A stretch of DNA of 64,000 nucleotides from Malacoraja senta. Its lineage: Eukaryota. The notes below the pieces were generated by a model. The model ran no database searches. It worked only from the letters and a program-made list of their open reading frames with translations, and was not told the DNA's origin. Location: contig CM075991.1 of assembly GCA_038087875.1 (NCBI GenBank), forward strand, positions 12,712,001-12,776,000, in the 5' to 3' direction. Shown in pieces: positions 24,701 through 39,200 of the stretch. Each line of letters starts with the position of its first letter. Position 1 is the stretch's first letter. The translations under genes were made by a program, and so were the position numbers.

Positions 24701-27700
24701 GCCTTCTCTCCATACCCCCTGATCCCTTTAGCCACAAGGGCCACATCTAACTCCCTCTTAAATATAGCTTGTTGCTCTTATCCAGAGATGCCGCCTGACC
24801 CGCAGAGTTACTCCAGCTTATTATGTCTATCATAGGAATACATTTCACAGGCAGGCAAATGGGTGGAAAGTTAGCAGATTTAATTTAATGCGTAGAAATT
24901 TGTAGAACTGCACTATACTTTTGTTGGAAGAATGAAAGGAAGTAATGTAGATCAGATTTGAAAAGTGGTGCAAGAACCAAGATCTGGGGCTATATGTCCA
25001 TAGTTTCTCCCAAGCAGTCTGTTAATTTGAGAAAATGGTTAAAATTTGAATTTGTATCTGGATCTTTAGAAGTAGGGGGCATGGAGTGCAATATAACAAA
25101 GCAATGGTGATTTTCTATGTCGCTGCAACTGCAGGATTGTGTCCAGATCTGGGCTCCATATCATAAAATTAAAACACTCTGGAAAGGGTGCAGAGGACAT
25201 TTACTTGGGCGATTTCAGAGATGGGGAGAAGCTGGTTTATTTGAGTTAAAACCATGAAGATTGAATAGTGATTGAATGTGCCCATTGGTGGAAGTGTCAA
25301 GGATTAGTTATATAGAATGAAGGTGATTGGCAAGAGAATCAAACATGACATGAAGGACTTTGGGGGGGATCCAGAATGTAGAGTTGGATTTGATTTTAGC
25401 ATTGAAAAGGTTGATGGATAGGTATCTGAAAGGAGAGGGCATGGAAGTGAGACTAGCTGGAGCCCTCTTACATGGAGCCTGGAAGGATTTGATGGGATGA
25501 ATGGTCATCTTCCGAGCTGCGGCTCCATATTCCTGTGGTATGTCATATTTCTCCACACATATCCGCAATTCCACAACCCAGTGAATTTGGATAGCAGGGC
25601 TGTTTAAAGACCCTACGGTGTCACTGGTTACTTCTAGAGTTTGGAATCATAGAATCACTGTGCTGACCAAAGAGCACCTATTTGCTCTGTTCCTACAGTA
25701 ATGCAATTTTTAAAAATTTCAACATTCCTGTCAACTCTCCCCATATTGTACACCTTGTCCACACACTAGGGGCAAGTGTTGAAGGCCGAGTGACCCAGCA
25801 ACCTGCACTTCTTTGGGATGTGAGAGAAAACCTTTAATGTGATAAAACTGAAACTTAACAGCAAGGATAGAACCTTCTGATATCCAGCAGAGCCACTCAA
25901 CTCTGCAGCTAATGTTACCAGGTAATATGGTGCCAAGCGGAGAAAATCCCAATCTGCAGTGATAATGATAAGATTAACATAGATGATCTGATGATGTAAA
26001 TTCCATTGTAAGCAAACTGCAAACATGACCCTACTGACCACTCACTTCTTTCTTACAGATATGCCATGGCAGTTATGAATCATCATGTTTGTCCTGTGGA
26101 AAACTGGTACAGTATAGTTGATTTGCTTGCTCTCAGTAATTTCATTTTCTTTCACAGTCAAGTCTTTGCTGAATTAGCTAACCTTGCCCACTGTGCTTTG
26201 TGATTAGGGAAGGTAAGCGCCAGCCAGGAATTTAATTCTTGCTGGAGGATGGAAAGGAATCAGGTGTACTGTGTAAATGTCTTGGTCTGATATAATAGTA
26301 ATTTAAAACAAAATATCTTTTGTCTGCAAAATACTTTGGAATAAATCCTGGAAACTCTTACGAACATTATTCTTCCCTTTTGTTGGGAATTCTAGCTTAT
26401 TACTGACAGCACCCAGACATTTATATCAATCTTTTCATCTAATTATGTTCTCAGCTAGAAGTAACATGTTTAAAGAATAAATCAGCATCAAATAATCCAA
26501 GGAACACCTTCACATTTGTGCAGCTAGGTAGCAGCAGCTGCCACAATGTGTACACCGTTGAGTGTGAGCATATGGATTGAAGTGTCATTTCTTTAAGTTA
26601 ATTTTCCCTACTCCAATTGTAGCCTAGATAGCGTGTTGGTGGGCTACATGGAAGGGCATCACAACAGAGACTTTAACAGCCTCAACCAGGTGTTGATGAA
26701 CCTTACAACAAGCTTTATCGGATAGTGATCAGGAGGGGTTGTGATCTGTTTCTGTCCGACATTGCTGAGGACAACGACTAATCAGCATAGAAATCAACCC
26801 ACCTTCATTATTTGACTCGTTTTTTAGCTATGAAAGTATTTGTGGAGTTTATTGAGCCCAAATTATTTGTATTTTTTGAAGCATGCTTTGCCTGCCTTTT
26901 TAAAAAATGTATGCAAGTGATTGAAGAAGTACATTTTTGTTTTGTTGCTTCCCCTGATTCTGTTTCTATAACATGTTTATGCAATGTATTATTAATGTGA
27001 AATGGTCGGAACAAATGACTGGAATTAATTAATTCCCTGGTCCTGCTTATGTGAATGTGTAGTTTTACACTACATGTGATTGTGCCCTGGCAGTATGCGA
27101 CTAGAATTTATTACACCTAGCCTCCTAAATGACCTTATCTCCTTGAGAACTTTGCTGATTGGTTTTGTGTTCATTTCAATTCCGTCCTTGAAAATTAAAG
27201 CAAATGGCTTTCAAATCTATGCATTTTAAAACGACTTTTGCTTTTATTTCCAAGGTTGTATAATGAGACTTGCTCTGGGGAAACGTCAAAGCGTGGCTAC
27301 CCTAAAAGTTGCTGCACTATTCAGGATATTCCACTCGTCAGGTAGAGATCATTACTTTCATTGAAGTTGAATGAATCTGTGTGTTTATAAAGCAAGACTA
27401 CTCTTGATGTATAACTTGTAGATCAGAGCCTTTCGTCAGTTTTATTCCATGAGAGAGAGATGAATGATTGCACTAGATGCTAAGCTTGTCCATGTGTGTT
27501 TTATTATTTTGCCACATATTTTAATGTTGACTTCCAATAATTTGATTACCAATTCCATATTTGATTTTACCTTTATCATTCCTGTATATCCTCTTGCATT
27601 TTGGCATAGTTTGGACAAATTATTTATCTCATCTGATAGGGTGACTTTTGATCTGCTGCCCAACTTTCCCTTCCACCAGTCCCTAAATTATCCAACAATA

Positions 27701-30700
27701 GTTTTTATTTAGAAGTGTTCTTATCATGCATGGCTATAGTTGGTTACATAAAATTGACTATTGCATTCTTTGTGGAGAATATGTGTGATTTTAACTTTTT
27801 TCAATGCAAGGAGAGAATATAAAAATATAAATTATTGGTAAAAGAATGCTGCACTGATGGTAGAGGCAAGACCTTTTTCTTTAAACATGAACTAAAATGC
27901 TTAGGAAAGAACTCCAAATGGTGGTTTAAATCGAAGGTAGATACAAAATGCTGGAGTAACTCAGCGGGACAAGCCGCATCTCTGGAGAGAAGGAATGTGC
28001 GACGTTTTGGGTTGAGACCCTTCAGACTGATTTCAGGGTGTGGGCGGGTCAGAGGTAGAATTTAGTCGGAGACAGTAAGACTGGTGGGAGAACTGGGAAG
28101 GGATGGAGAGAGAAAGCAAGGGCTATTTGAAGTTAGAGAAGTCAATGTTCATACCGCTGGGGTGTAAGCTACCCAAACAAAATATGCGGAGCTGTTCCTC
28201 CAATTTGCACTGGGCCTCACTCTGACAATAGAGGAGGCCCAGGACAGAAAGGCCAGATTGGGAATGGGTGGGGGAGATGCTGCTTGTCCCGCTGAATTAC
28301 TCCAGCATTTTGTGTCTACCTTAACTAAAATGCTCATATGTTCATTTGCATCAGATTTCAATAACATAAATTATTGTTCTCTGACCTGCCGTGTTCTGAC
28401 CTTGAATGCTGTTTTAAAAATGCAAATATGTCTACCTTATTTATCCTTTATTGTCAATTTTAAAAAAAAATATTTTCAATAGGCCTGACTTTGGGTGAAC
28501 TGGGATGGGGACTGGACATTGTGCCTTCCCCCACAGTGTTGTCCATTGTGGGGGGATGCTTTTTTTGTGTGTGTAGTGTATGTTAGTTTGTGTCCAAGAT
28601 GGCGGTCGGAAGGGAGAGTGGACGCTGGCGCGGTTTAGCTGCCGCTGCTCTCTCTTCACATTGTGTTTCTGATTTCTTTTTTGTCTTTGGATCCATTTCT
28701 GTCTTTAATTTGTGTATTGGTGATGTCTTTATAACTTATTTTTACTCCGATTATATGTTCTTTGTTAAATTCTGTAAGGTGTCCTTGAGACTTTTGTATA
28801 GGCGCCCACAAATAAAATGTATTATTATTATTATTATAACCTCCCTTTTGGAACTCGCATTAATATTCATGATTTCAGTTTATAGATATTTTCCATTTGT
28901 GACTGGATAGCAATTTTGCAACATTTTCTATATATTGACATTTAGCTAATTGATCTGCAGGTTACTGGGACTTTTGTATATCTAAAATTCATGATTGCAT
29001 TGTGCTGGGTTTCTGGCACCATTCCATAACTGTGTTAGGAACCTGGAGCAGCAGCTCGTTGACCTCAGTCTGATCATGGAGAGTGAGGAGGTCATAGAAA
29101 GGAGTTATAGGGAGGTGGCCACTCCAAGACCACGGGAGGCAGACAAGTGGGTCACGGTTAGGAAGGGCAAGGGGCAGAGGCAGGGACTAGTGAGTACCCC
29201 GGTGGCTGTACACCTTGAAAATAAGTACTCCTGTTTGAGTACTGTTGGGGGGGACAGCCTTCCTGGGGGTAGCGACAGCAGCCGGGCCTCCGGCACAGAG
29301 ACCGGCCCTATTGCTCAGAAGGGTAGGGAAAAGAAGAGGAGGGCAATAGTAATAGGGGACTCTATGGTTAGGGGGTCGGATAGGCGATTCTGTGGACGCA
29401 GTCAGGAGACCCGGATGGTAGTTTGCTTCCCTGGTGCCAGGGTCAGGGATGTGTCTGAACGCGTCCAAGATATCCTGAAATCGGAGGGAGAGGAGCCTGA
29501 GGTTGTGGTACATATAGGTACCAATGACATAGGCAGAAAAAGAGAAGAAGTCCTGAAAGGAGAATTTAGGGAGTTGGGAGGAGAGTTAAGGAGAAGGACC
29601 GCAAAGGTAGCAATCTCAGGATTACTACCTGTGCCACACGACAGTGAGAGTAGGAATGGAATGAGGTGGAGGATAAATGCGTGGCTGAGGAACTGGTGCA
29701 GCGGGCAGGGATTCAAATTTCTGGATCATTGGGACCTCTTTTGGGGAAGGTGTGACCTGTACAGAAAGGACGGGTTGCACTTGAACCCGAGGGGGACCAA
29801 TATCCTGGCGAGGAGATTTGCAAAGGCTACTGGGGAGACTTTAAACTAGAACGGTTGGCGGGAGGGACTCAAATAGAGAAAGCTAGTAGAAAATGTGGGA
29901 GGCAGGGGGCAGAGAAGGGAAGCACTCAGACCCAAAATGTAGGGGAGAAAGAAGAAAAAGATAATAAACAGAGAATAAGTGGTGGTGGGTTTCTTAAATG
30001 TGTATATTTTAATGCTAGGAGCATTGTAAGAAAGGTAGATGAGCTTAGAGCCTGGATTGACACCTGGAAGTATGATGTTGTGGTGATCAGCGAAACATGG
30101 TTGCAGGAGGGCTGTGATTGGAAACTAAATATTCCAGGATTTCGTTGCTTCAGGGGTGATAGAATTGGAGGGGCAAGAGGTGGGGGTGTTGCATTGCAGT
30201 GCTTTGGCAGGATAGATTAGAGGGCTCGTCTAGGGAGGCTATTTGGGTGGAAATGGGAAAGGTGTAGCAACACTTATAGGGGTATATTATAGACCGCCAA
30301 ATGGGGAGCGAGAATTGGAAGAGCAAATATGTAAGGAGATAGCAGATATTAGTAGTAAGCACAAGGTACTGATTGTGGGAGATTTCAATTTTCCACCCAT
30401 AGACTGGGAAACACATTCTGTGAAAGGGCTGGATGGTTTGGAGTTTGTAAAATGTGTGCAGGATAGTTTTTTGCAGCAATACATAGAGGTACCTACTAGA
30501 GAAGGGGCAGTGCTGGACCTCCTGTTAGGAAATGAGACAGGGCAGGTGGCTGAGGTATGCGTCGGGAAGCACTTTGGGTCCAGTGATCACAATACCATTA
30601 GTTTCAATATAATTATGGAGAGGGTCAGAACTGGACCTAGGGTTGAGATTTTTGATTGGAGAAAGGCTAACTTTGAGGAGATGCGAAAGGATTTAAAAGG

Positions 30701-33181
30701 AGTGAATTGGGACATGTTGTTTTATGGGAAGGATGTAGAAGAGAAATGGAGGACATTTAAGGGTGAAATTTTAAGAGTACAGAATCTTTATGTCCCTGTT
30801 CGGTTGAAAGGAAATAGTAAAAATTGGAAAGAGCCATGGTTTTCAAGGGAAATTGGACACGGTTCGGAAAAAGAGAGAGATCTACAATAATTATAGGCAG
30901 CATGGAGTAAATGAGGTGCTTGAGGAGTATAACGAATGTAAAAAGAATATTAAGAAATAAATTAGAAAAGCTAAAAGAAGATATGAGGTTGCTTTGGCAA
31001 GTAAGGTGAAAGTAAATCCAAAGGGTTTCTACAGCTATATTAATAGCAAAAGGATAACAAGGAATAAAATTGGTCCATTAGAGAGTCAGAGTGGACAGCT
31101 ATCTGCAGAGCCAAAAGAGATGGGGGAGATATTGAACAATTTCTTTTCTTCGGTATTCACCAAGGAGAAGGATATGGAATTATGTGAGATAAGGGAAACA
31201 AGCAGAGTAGCAATGGAAACTGAGATTCAAAGAAGAGGAGGTGCGGACACTTTTGAAAAATATGAAAACGGATAAGTCTCCAGGTCCTGACAGGATATTC
31301 CCTAGGACATTGAGGGAAGTTAGTGTAGAAATAGCAGGGGCTATGACAGAAATATTTCAAATGTCATTAGAAACGGGAATAGTGCCGGAGGATTGGCGTA
31401 CTGCGCATGTTGTTCCGTTGTTTAAAAAGGGTTCTAAGAGTAAACCTAGCAATTATAGACCTGTTAGTTTGACGTCAGTGGTGGGCAAATTAATGGAAAG
31501 GATACTTAGAGATAATATATATAAGCATCTGGATAAGCAGGGTCTGATTAGGAAAAGTCAACATGGATTTGTGCCTGGAAGGTCATGTTTGACTAATCTT
31601 GAATTTTTCGAAGAGGTTACTAGGGAAATTGATGAGGGTAAAGAAGTGGATGTTGTCTATATGGACTTCAGTAAGGCCTTTGACAAGGTTCCGCATGGAA
31701 GGTTGGTTAAGAAGATTCAATTGTTGGGTATTAATGGTGGAGTAGCAAGATGGATTCAACAGTGGCTGAATGGGAGATGCCAGAGAGTAATGGTGGATGG
31801 CTGTTTGTCAGGTTAGAGGCTGGTGACCAGTGGGGTGCCTCAGGGGTCTGTGTTGGGTCCACTGTTGTTTGTCATGTACATCAATGATCTGGATGATGGT
31901 GTGGAAAATTGGATTTGTAAGTATGCAGATGATACTAAGATAGGTGGTGTTGTGGATAATGAAGTAGATTTTCAAAGTCTACAGAGAGATTTAGGCCATT
32001 TGGAAGAGTGGGCTGAAAGATGGCAGATGGAGTTTAATGCTGAATAAATGTGAGGTGCTACATCTCGGCAGGACAAATCAAAATAGGACGTACATGATAA
32101 ATGGTAGCGAATTGAGGAATGCAGTTGAACAGAGGGATCTAGGAATAACTGTGCATAGTTTCCTGAAGGTGGAATCTCGTGTAGATAGGGTGGTAAAGAA
32201 AGCTTTTGGTGTGCTGGCCTTTATAAATCAGAGCATTGAATATAGAAGTTGGGATGTAATGTTAAAATTGTACAAGGCATTGGTGAGGCCAATTCTGGAG
32301 TATGGAGTACAATTTTGGTTGCCTAATTATAGGAAGGATGTCAACAAAATAGAGAGAGTACAGAGGAGATTTACTAGAATGTTGCCTGGGTTTCAGCAAC
32401 TAAGTTACAGAGAAAGGTTGAACAAGTTAGGCCTTTATTCTTTGGAGCGCAGAAGGTTAAGAGGGGACTTGATAGAGGTCTTTAAAATTATGAGCGGGTT
32501 AGACAGAGTTGACGTAGATAAGCTTTTCCCATTGAGAGTAGGGAAGATTCAAACAAAGGGACATGATTTGAGAATTAAGGGACAGAAGTTTAGGGGTAAC
32601 ATTAGGGGGAACTTCTTTACTCAGAGAGTGGTAGCTGTGTGGAATGAGCTTCCAGTGGAAGTGGTGGAGGCAGGTTCGATTTTATCCTTTAAAAATAGGT
32701 TGGATGGGTATATGGACGGGAAAGGAATGGAGGGTTATGGTCTGAGTGCAGGTAGATGGGACTAGGGGGAAGTAAAAAATAAATAAAAAAGAGGTGTTCG
32801 GCACGGACTTGAAGGGCCGAGATGGCCTGTTTCCGTGCTGTTATGGTTATATGGTTATAACTGTTTATATATTTTTTTTAAAACACCCTGTGGATTTTCT
32901 TGACACTTACCATAAATTGCAGACTTTGATGGCAGGTCTACCTGTTTAATATTCAATTACTCTTATTATAGCTAATCTTTCAAGGCTACGTTTTATTTCA
33001 AAGGCATTGAAGTGTACTGTTAAATTATGTTGTCCGAGAGTCCCTGAAAAGGTGTACACTCTATTTTGCTTTATAAATTGTGCTCTTTTTTAATAAAAAT
33101 CTTGGCATTTCTATTCCAATTATTCCCCTGCATTTTACACACACACACACACACACTCACACTCACACTCACACTCACACT

Positions 33182-33212
<31 letters not shown>

Positions 33213-36200
33213 GCACACGCACACGCACACGCACACACACACACACTCACACTCACACATCATCTGTTCACCTGTCAAGCAGGTGCTCCCATCTTTATGC
33301 CTGCTTTGACAATAATGAACAGCTACCGTTAGAAAGTGTGCAAGTGTGGTCTCCTAGCAAGATGGAAGTAGGCTTGACACTTTGATGAACTCTAGATTTA
33401 CTCTGATAATTCTGGTGTGACACATTGTTATCGGTGAGGAATAATATACACTGTAGCTCCTTGGGAAGTTAGCCCAGCAAACAAAATGCCTTCATAGGTA
33501 GACAATATTGGCACCTGTCATCAAATCAAACTAAATATTCTTGTTTTTTTATATTTTCTTGACAGTAAATGTGGTTCATATCCTCCTGAAAGCTGCCTCT
33601 TCAGTTTAATTGGCAACGTGGGTGCTTTTATGGGTAAGTCATTGGCTTGTTCATTATCAGGAGCTGCTGCTGCATTGTAGGTTTCTGATATAATTGGGGT
33701 AACACTTTATTGCTACCGTTTGGATACTTATTTCCAGCAATATTGATTGCCTGTTTCAGTGGGAAATCATTTTTTTTCTCCAGAGGCTCTTCAAAAACAG
33801 CTCGGCTGTGGCTAGAATAGAGGCTGTTGCTCGTGTCTCATTCTGCTTTTGAATATTGTCCAGAGGTCTTGTCGTTTCACAGTTTCTTGTCTAATATTCT
33901 GCCTCTGTCTTGGACAGAACATTTTGGGGCCAATTAATAAGAACACTCTACAACCCTCAGCTCCATATCAGCGAAACATTCGAGATTGAGGAAGAATTAA
34001 TGTCCAAACAAGCCACAGAGGTTAAGCCTGTGTCTGGGTTGAATTCTATCCATGCTCTGGGAATTACTGTACCTAAATCTCCTCCCACTCTTAATTATAT
34101 CCTCCTATCTTCTCCCCATAAATGTCCATTCTCATCTCCCTGTGTATAGAAACATAGAAAATAGGTGCATGAGTAGGCCATTCGGCCCTTCGAGCCTGCA
34201 CCGCCATTCAATATGATCATGGCTGATCATCCAACTCAGTATCCTGTACCTGCCTTCTCTCCATACCCACTGATCCCTTTAGCCACAAGGGCCACATCTA
34301 ACTCACTCTTAAATATAGCCAATGAACTGGCCTCACTTCACGGCTCCACTTCACTGCACTAATATTCTTCAGCCGCTCCACACTATACCAAATTTATACT
34401 TGTGTCTTCTGATGAACTTGGGCACAAGTGAAAGTAGTATTGGAGTTCTCGACAATCAGGAGATATTGTTACACAAGTCTTCTAGAAAATTGTGGTCATG
34501 AGTGTAGTCATCCAGTGCCTCTAATTGGAAAATATCTTCCTCTTCTTTCAATCCCTTCATGACATTCCCTTCCATATCTATAACCTTCTGTAGCTTCCTC
34601 AACACTCTTTATCTGACATTGGTCTCTTTATAAACCCACTTCACAATGCTCTCTCTAATACTATTTATCTGTTCCACCACTGATAACTATTGCTACATTT
34701 ATCTCCTCTCTGGTATTTTCTCCCCAAATCTCTCTGCCTTGCTACTTCCATGTCCCATATAATTTGGGTGTTGCTGCCTTAGACCAGGGTGTCATCCTGA
34801 CTATGGGTGCTGTCTATATGGAGTTTGTATGTTTTCTCTGCGACTGCATGGGTTTTCTTCAGGTGCTTCTGTTTCCTCCCACATTCCAAAGACACGCAGG
34901 TTTGTGGGTTAATTGTCTGCTGTAAATTGTTCCTTGTGCCTAGGATAGAACAAGTGTCCAGGGTTCACCACGGACTCGGTGGGCAGAAATGCCTGTTTCT
35001 AAGCTGTATCTCTAAAACGAAAACTAATGTGCTTCACCTTCAACAATGCAGCAATTTATCAAAAATAAAACTCAAATTAGGTTTCTTTATACATACATGA
35101 ACAGTTGCTTTCAATGAATGGAAGCAATTGTTCTTATTAATGCCTGGGTCCACTTATAGGCAATAGCTAGGGCAGTTCCTCTACCCAGTGATAGGAGTTG
35201 CTCTAACTAACGCTGGTGATCACTGATAAGCACTAGTTTGGCTATTTCCTTTGTCTAGTAATGGGAAGACTCTTGCCATTGAGTCATGGGAATTCCAATC
35301 ATAAGGTCATAAGTGATAGGAGTAGAATTAGGCCCATCAAGTCTACTCCTCCATTCAATCATGGCTGATCTATCTCTCCACCTCCTAACCTCCTGCCTTC
35401 TCCCATTAACCTCTGACACCCATGCTAGTCACAAATCTACCTATCTACTGATATTCCTGTCTTTGACTGAAAGGAGCAAGGCCTGAGCTACATTCTGACC
35501 TCCAGTTATGGGAATGTCTCTAACTGTTGTGTGTGTGTGGTGTTTTCTTGCATCCATCTAGTGATCTTGATCTGTGGTCTACGCTATGGTCAGATTTTGG
35601 AGAAGTACCGACCAACATGGATCAACTCTGGAGCTCTGATTGCTGGTTGCATCAACGCAATTGGTCTTGTGATGGTCGGAAATTTCCAAGTAAGATCCTG
35701 TTCTATTTTCCCCGTCTTCCAGGAATATCAAAAAATCCTTTTCAAGACTGAGCCACAAGAACCATTTCCTGTAAAACAGGAGGGTAATTTTGTGAGTTAT
35801 GATGACCTTGTGACTGAAGATGCCACGGTGTAGACTGCAGGATTCAACTGTTGCTGCGCTAACTGATACAATTCATTTCAGCCCCAAGATTGTGAGATTA
35901 ATGAAGTGTGGTTAAGTTGTGGAGCTAATGGGCAGAGTCCTGAATCCGATATCTGAGCTAGAACTCTACCATTGCATCTGGGGTATTTAAATTAATGTAC
36001 TTTTTAAAAATCTAGTCTCAATAACAGTATCTATGAAGTTTCCAGATGTCTGTAAATTTGATACCAATGTAGGTGTGTGTATTTAGATTTTAGGTGACAA
36101 GTTCATCTCCCTTGCCCTTTGTGCTTGAATAGCCAAGCAAAACACTATTCTGAAAAAAAATTAACTGATTACCTATTGAAACAGTTATTAATGACCTTTG

Positions 36201-39200
36201 GGGAAAGGAATCTGCCATTCTAACTTGATTTGGTCTCCTTGTAACACCGGGCCAACCATGGTTATTTGGATTAAATACCTGAGAGCTAATGTTGTTTGAA
36301 GGGCAGTACCTGTAATTTTCTGCATTTAATCAAGTTACCCTAAATACTCCAGCCAAAGGCTGTCACGTTAAGTAGCCCTTTGTAGTGACGTGTTGGGAAT
36401 ACGGAAAAATTAGATACGGGATATGAAATTATGTATTACAATGTGTAAAGTTTCTAATATCCGATGTGGTAATCTTAACCTGTTGACTGTAAATTCTGTG
36501 GTCGAGTTAATGATTCTGTAGTGTGTTCAGGCCCACTCGTGGACAAACTCAATGGTCCTTTATTGTCACGTGTACCGAGTTACAGTGAAATTTGATTTAC
36601 CATACAGTCATACCAAAAAAAGCAACAAGATACAAAACGACATAAATATTAAACATAAACTGCCAGCACAGCAGCGTATGAGAATCCCCAGGGCACACAG
36701 CATAAGCGGATACCCACAGCCATCAGATCAATGTCTGGGCCACACTTCACCGCGATGTGACCAGAGTTGTACGGACCGCTGTCACTCTCTCTGCAGTCCC
36801 TGTTCACCTAAACAGTCAGAAAGCCGTCCACACTTGCACCGAGATCACTGCACTCACGGTAATCCCTCCGAGTCCCTACCAGCGCAGCACGTCTATCTTG
36901 TTTTTCGACGACCTCGCATTCCCCACTGTGATGGAAGGCAAATTATTTGTAGCTTCTTTCCAAACTCTTTCTGCTCGAGATGTTGCTATTTGAGCTGTTA
37001 TCTTGCTAGGTTGAGACAAACTATTAAATAGCTCTCAAAGTAATTGTTAGCATTCTTAAATCAAAGTAAAATCTGCAATAAGACAGCGTTTGGGTTAGTG
37101 ACAAAATGAACAGTGGGTTCAAAAGCAAATTTTAAAAGCTTGAGTGAGAATTTAATTGAAGCCTTTGACAAGTAAGAGTGTTATTACCTCTCCTCTAAAG
37201 GAACTAAAGGTCTGAAAAAGGGTCTCAACCCAAAACATCACCCATTCCTTCTCTCCAGAGATGCTGCCTGTCCTGCTGAGTTACTCCAGCTTTTTGTGTC
37301 TGTCTTCCCTCTAAAGGAACTATTCATCTCATCAGCAGTGTGTCAATGTGGGCTGAGATAGTTGGTGTGTAGTGGGGAAGAGCATCGGTTCCATAGCGAT
37401 GCCAACCTGACAGTACATTTCCCAATGGAGCTCTGAATGCTTCAATTAAATTAAAGCATTCAGATTCAATTCAATAAGAGTGGATAGGGGAGAACCAGTG
37501 GATGTGTTGTATCTGGACTTTCAGAAGGCTTTCGACAAGGTACCACATAAGAGATTAGGATACAAACTTAAAGCACACGGTATTGGGGGTTCAGTATTGA
37601 TGTGGATAGAGAACTGGCTGGCAAACAGGAAGCAAAGAGTAGGAGTAAACGGGTCCTTTTCACAATGGCAGGCAGTGACTAGTGGGGTACCGCAAGGCTC
37701 AGTGCTGGGACCCCAGCTATTTACAATTTATATTAATGAACTGGATGAGGGAATTGAAGGCAACATCTCCAAGTTTGCGGATGACACTAAGCTGGGGGGC
37801 AGTGTTAGCTGTGAGGAGGATGCTAGGAGACTGCAAGGTGACTTGGATAGGCTGGGTGAGTGGGCAAATGTTTGGCAGATGCAGTATAATGTGGATAAAT
37901 GTGAGGTTATCCACTTTGGTGGCAAAAACAGGAAAGCAGACTATTATCTAAATGGTGGCCGATTAGGAAATGGGGAGATGCAGCAAGACCTGGGTGTCAT
38001 GGTACACCAGTCATTGAAAGTAGGCATGCAAGTGCAGCAGGCAGTGAAGAAAGCGAATGGTATGTTAGCTTTCATAGCAAAAGGATTTGAGTATAGGAGC
38101 AGGGAGGTTCTACTGCAGTTGTACAGGGTCTTGGTGAGACCACACCTGGAGTATTGCATACAGTTTTGGTCTCCAAATCTGAGGAAGGACATTATAGCCA
38201 TAGAGGGAGTGCAGAGAAGGTTCACCAGACTGATTCCTGGGATGCCAGGACTTTCATATGAAGAAAGACTGGATAGACTTGGCTTATACTCACTAGAATT
38301 TAGGAGATTGAGAGGGGATCTTATAGAAACGTACAAATTCTTATGGGGTTGGACAGGCTAGATGCAGGAAGATTGTTCCCGATGTTGGGGAAGTCCAGGA
38401 CAAGGGGTCACAGCTTAAGGATAAGGGGGAAATCCTTTAAGACCGAGATGAGGAAAAACTTTTTCACACAGAGAGTGGTGAATCTCTGGAACTCTCTGCC
38501 ACAGAGGGTAGTTGAGACCAGTTCATTGGCTATATTTAAGAGGGAGTTAGATGTGGCCCTTGTGGCTAAAGGGATCAGGGGGTATGGAGAGAAGGCAGGT
38601 ACGGGATACTGAGTTGGATGATCAGCCATGATCATATTGAATGGCGGTGCAGGCTCGAAGGGCCGAATGGCCTACTCCTGCACCTATTTTCTATGTATCT
38701 ATGTATCTAATCTGAGAGTAAAGCTTATTAGGCACTTATGATAGAAGACACCTAATATCATTCCATAGATTTGGCGCAATGTTACATTTATGTTTGGATT
38801 ATTACTGAAGAATATTCAATTTCCTTTCAAAAACAGTTAATTTGCTGAATATGGGAACAGTCACGGAGTGATGTAAGGTGCTCATTTTATATTTCAAACC
38901 ATGCTGCAGTCTGGCATCTGACCAAGGCATTCCATGAGATCAGGTGTGGGGCATGTTTACAACGGTACACTTCCCAAAATATTATTCCATTACATTCCTT
39001 TTGTGTTCCATTCCTGTGGTTTGCAGTTACATAAACGTCACACCTGCTCCCTATTATTTACTGCCAGGGCTTAAGTGCTGGCACTTTGCAGCAAAGGGCT
39101 GCTGGGTTTTTCGTTAGCATAGGCTTCCTTTGCAGTGCATGGTGCTTCAAGCCATTCAGCAAGAAGAGTTCCTGCTATTCAAAAAGCAAAATATTGCAAA

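Noticed and set aside
28995..29849. 284-aa SGNH/GDSL esterase as a host gene
   Set aside because: It is CR1 ORF1, directly followed by APE and RT and enclosed by the element's duplication.
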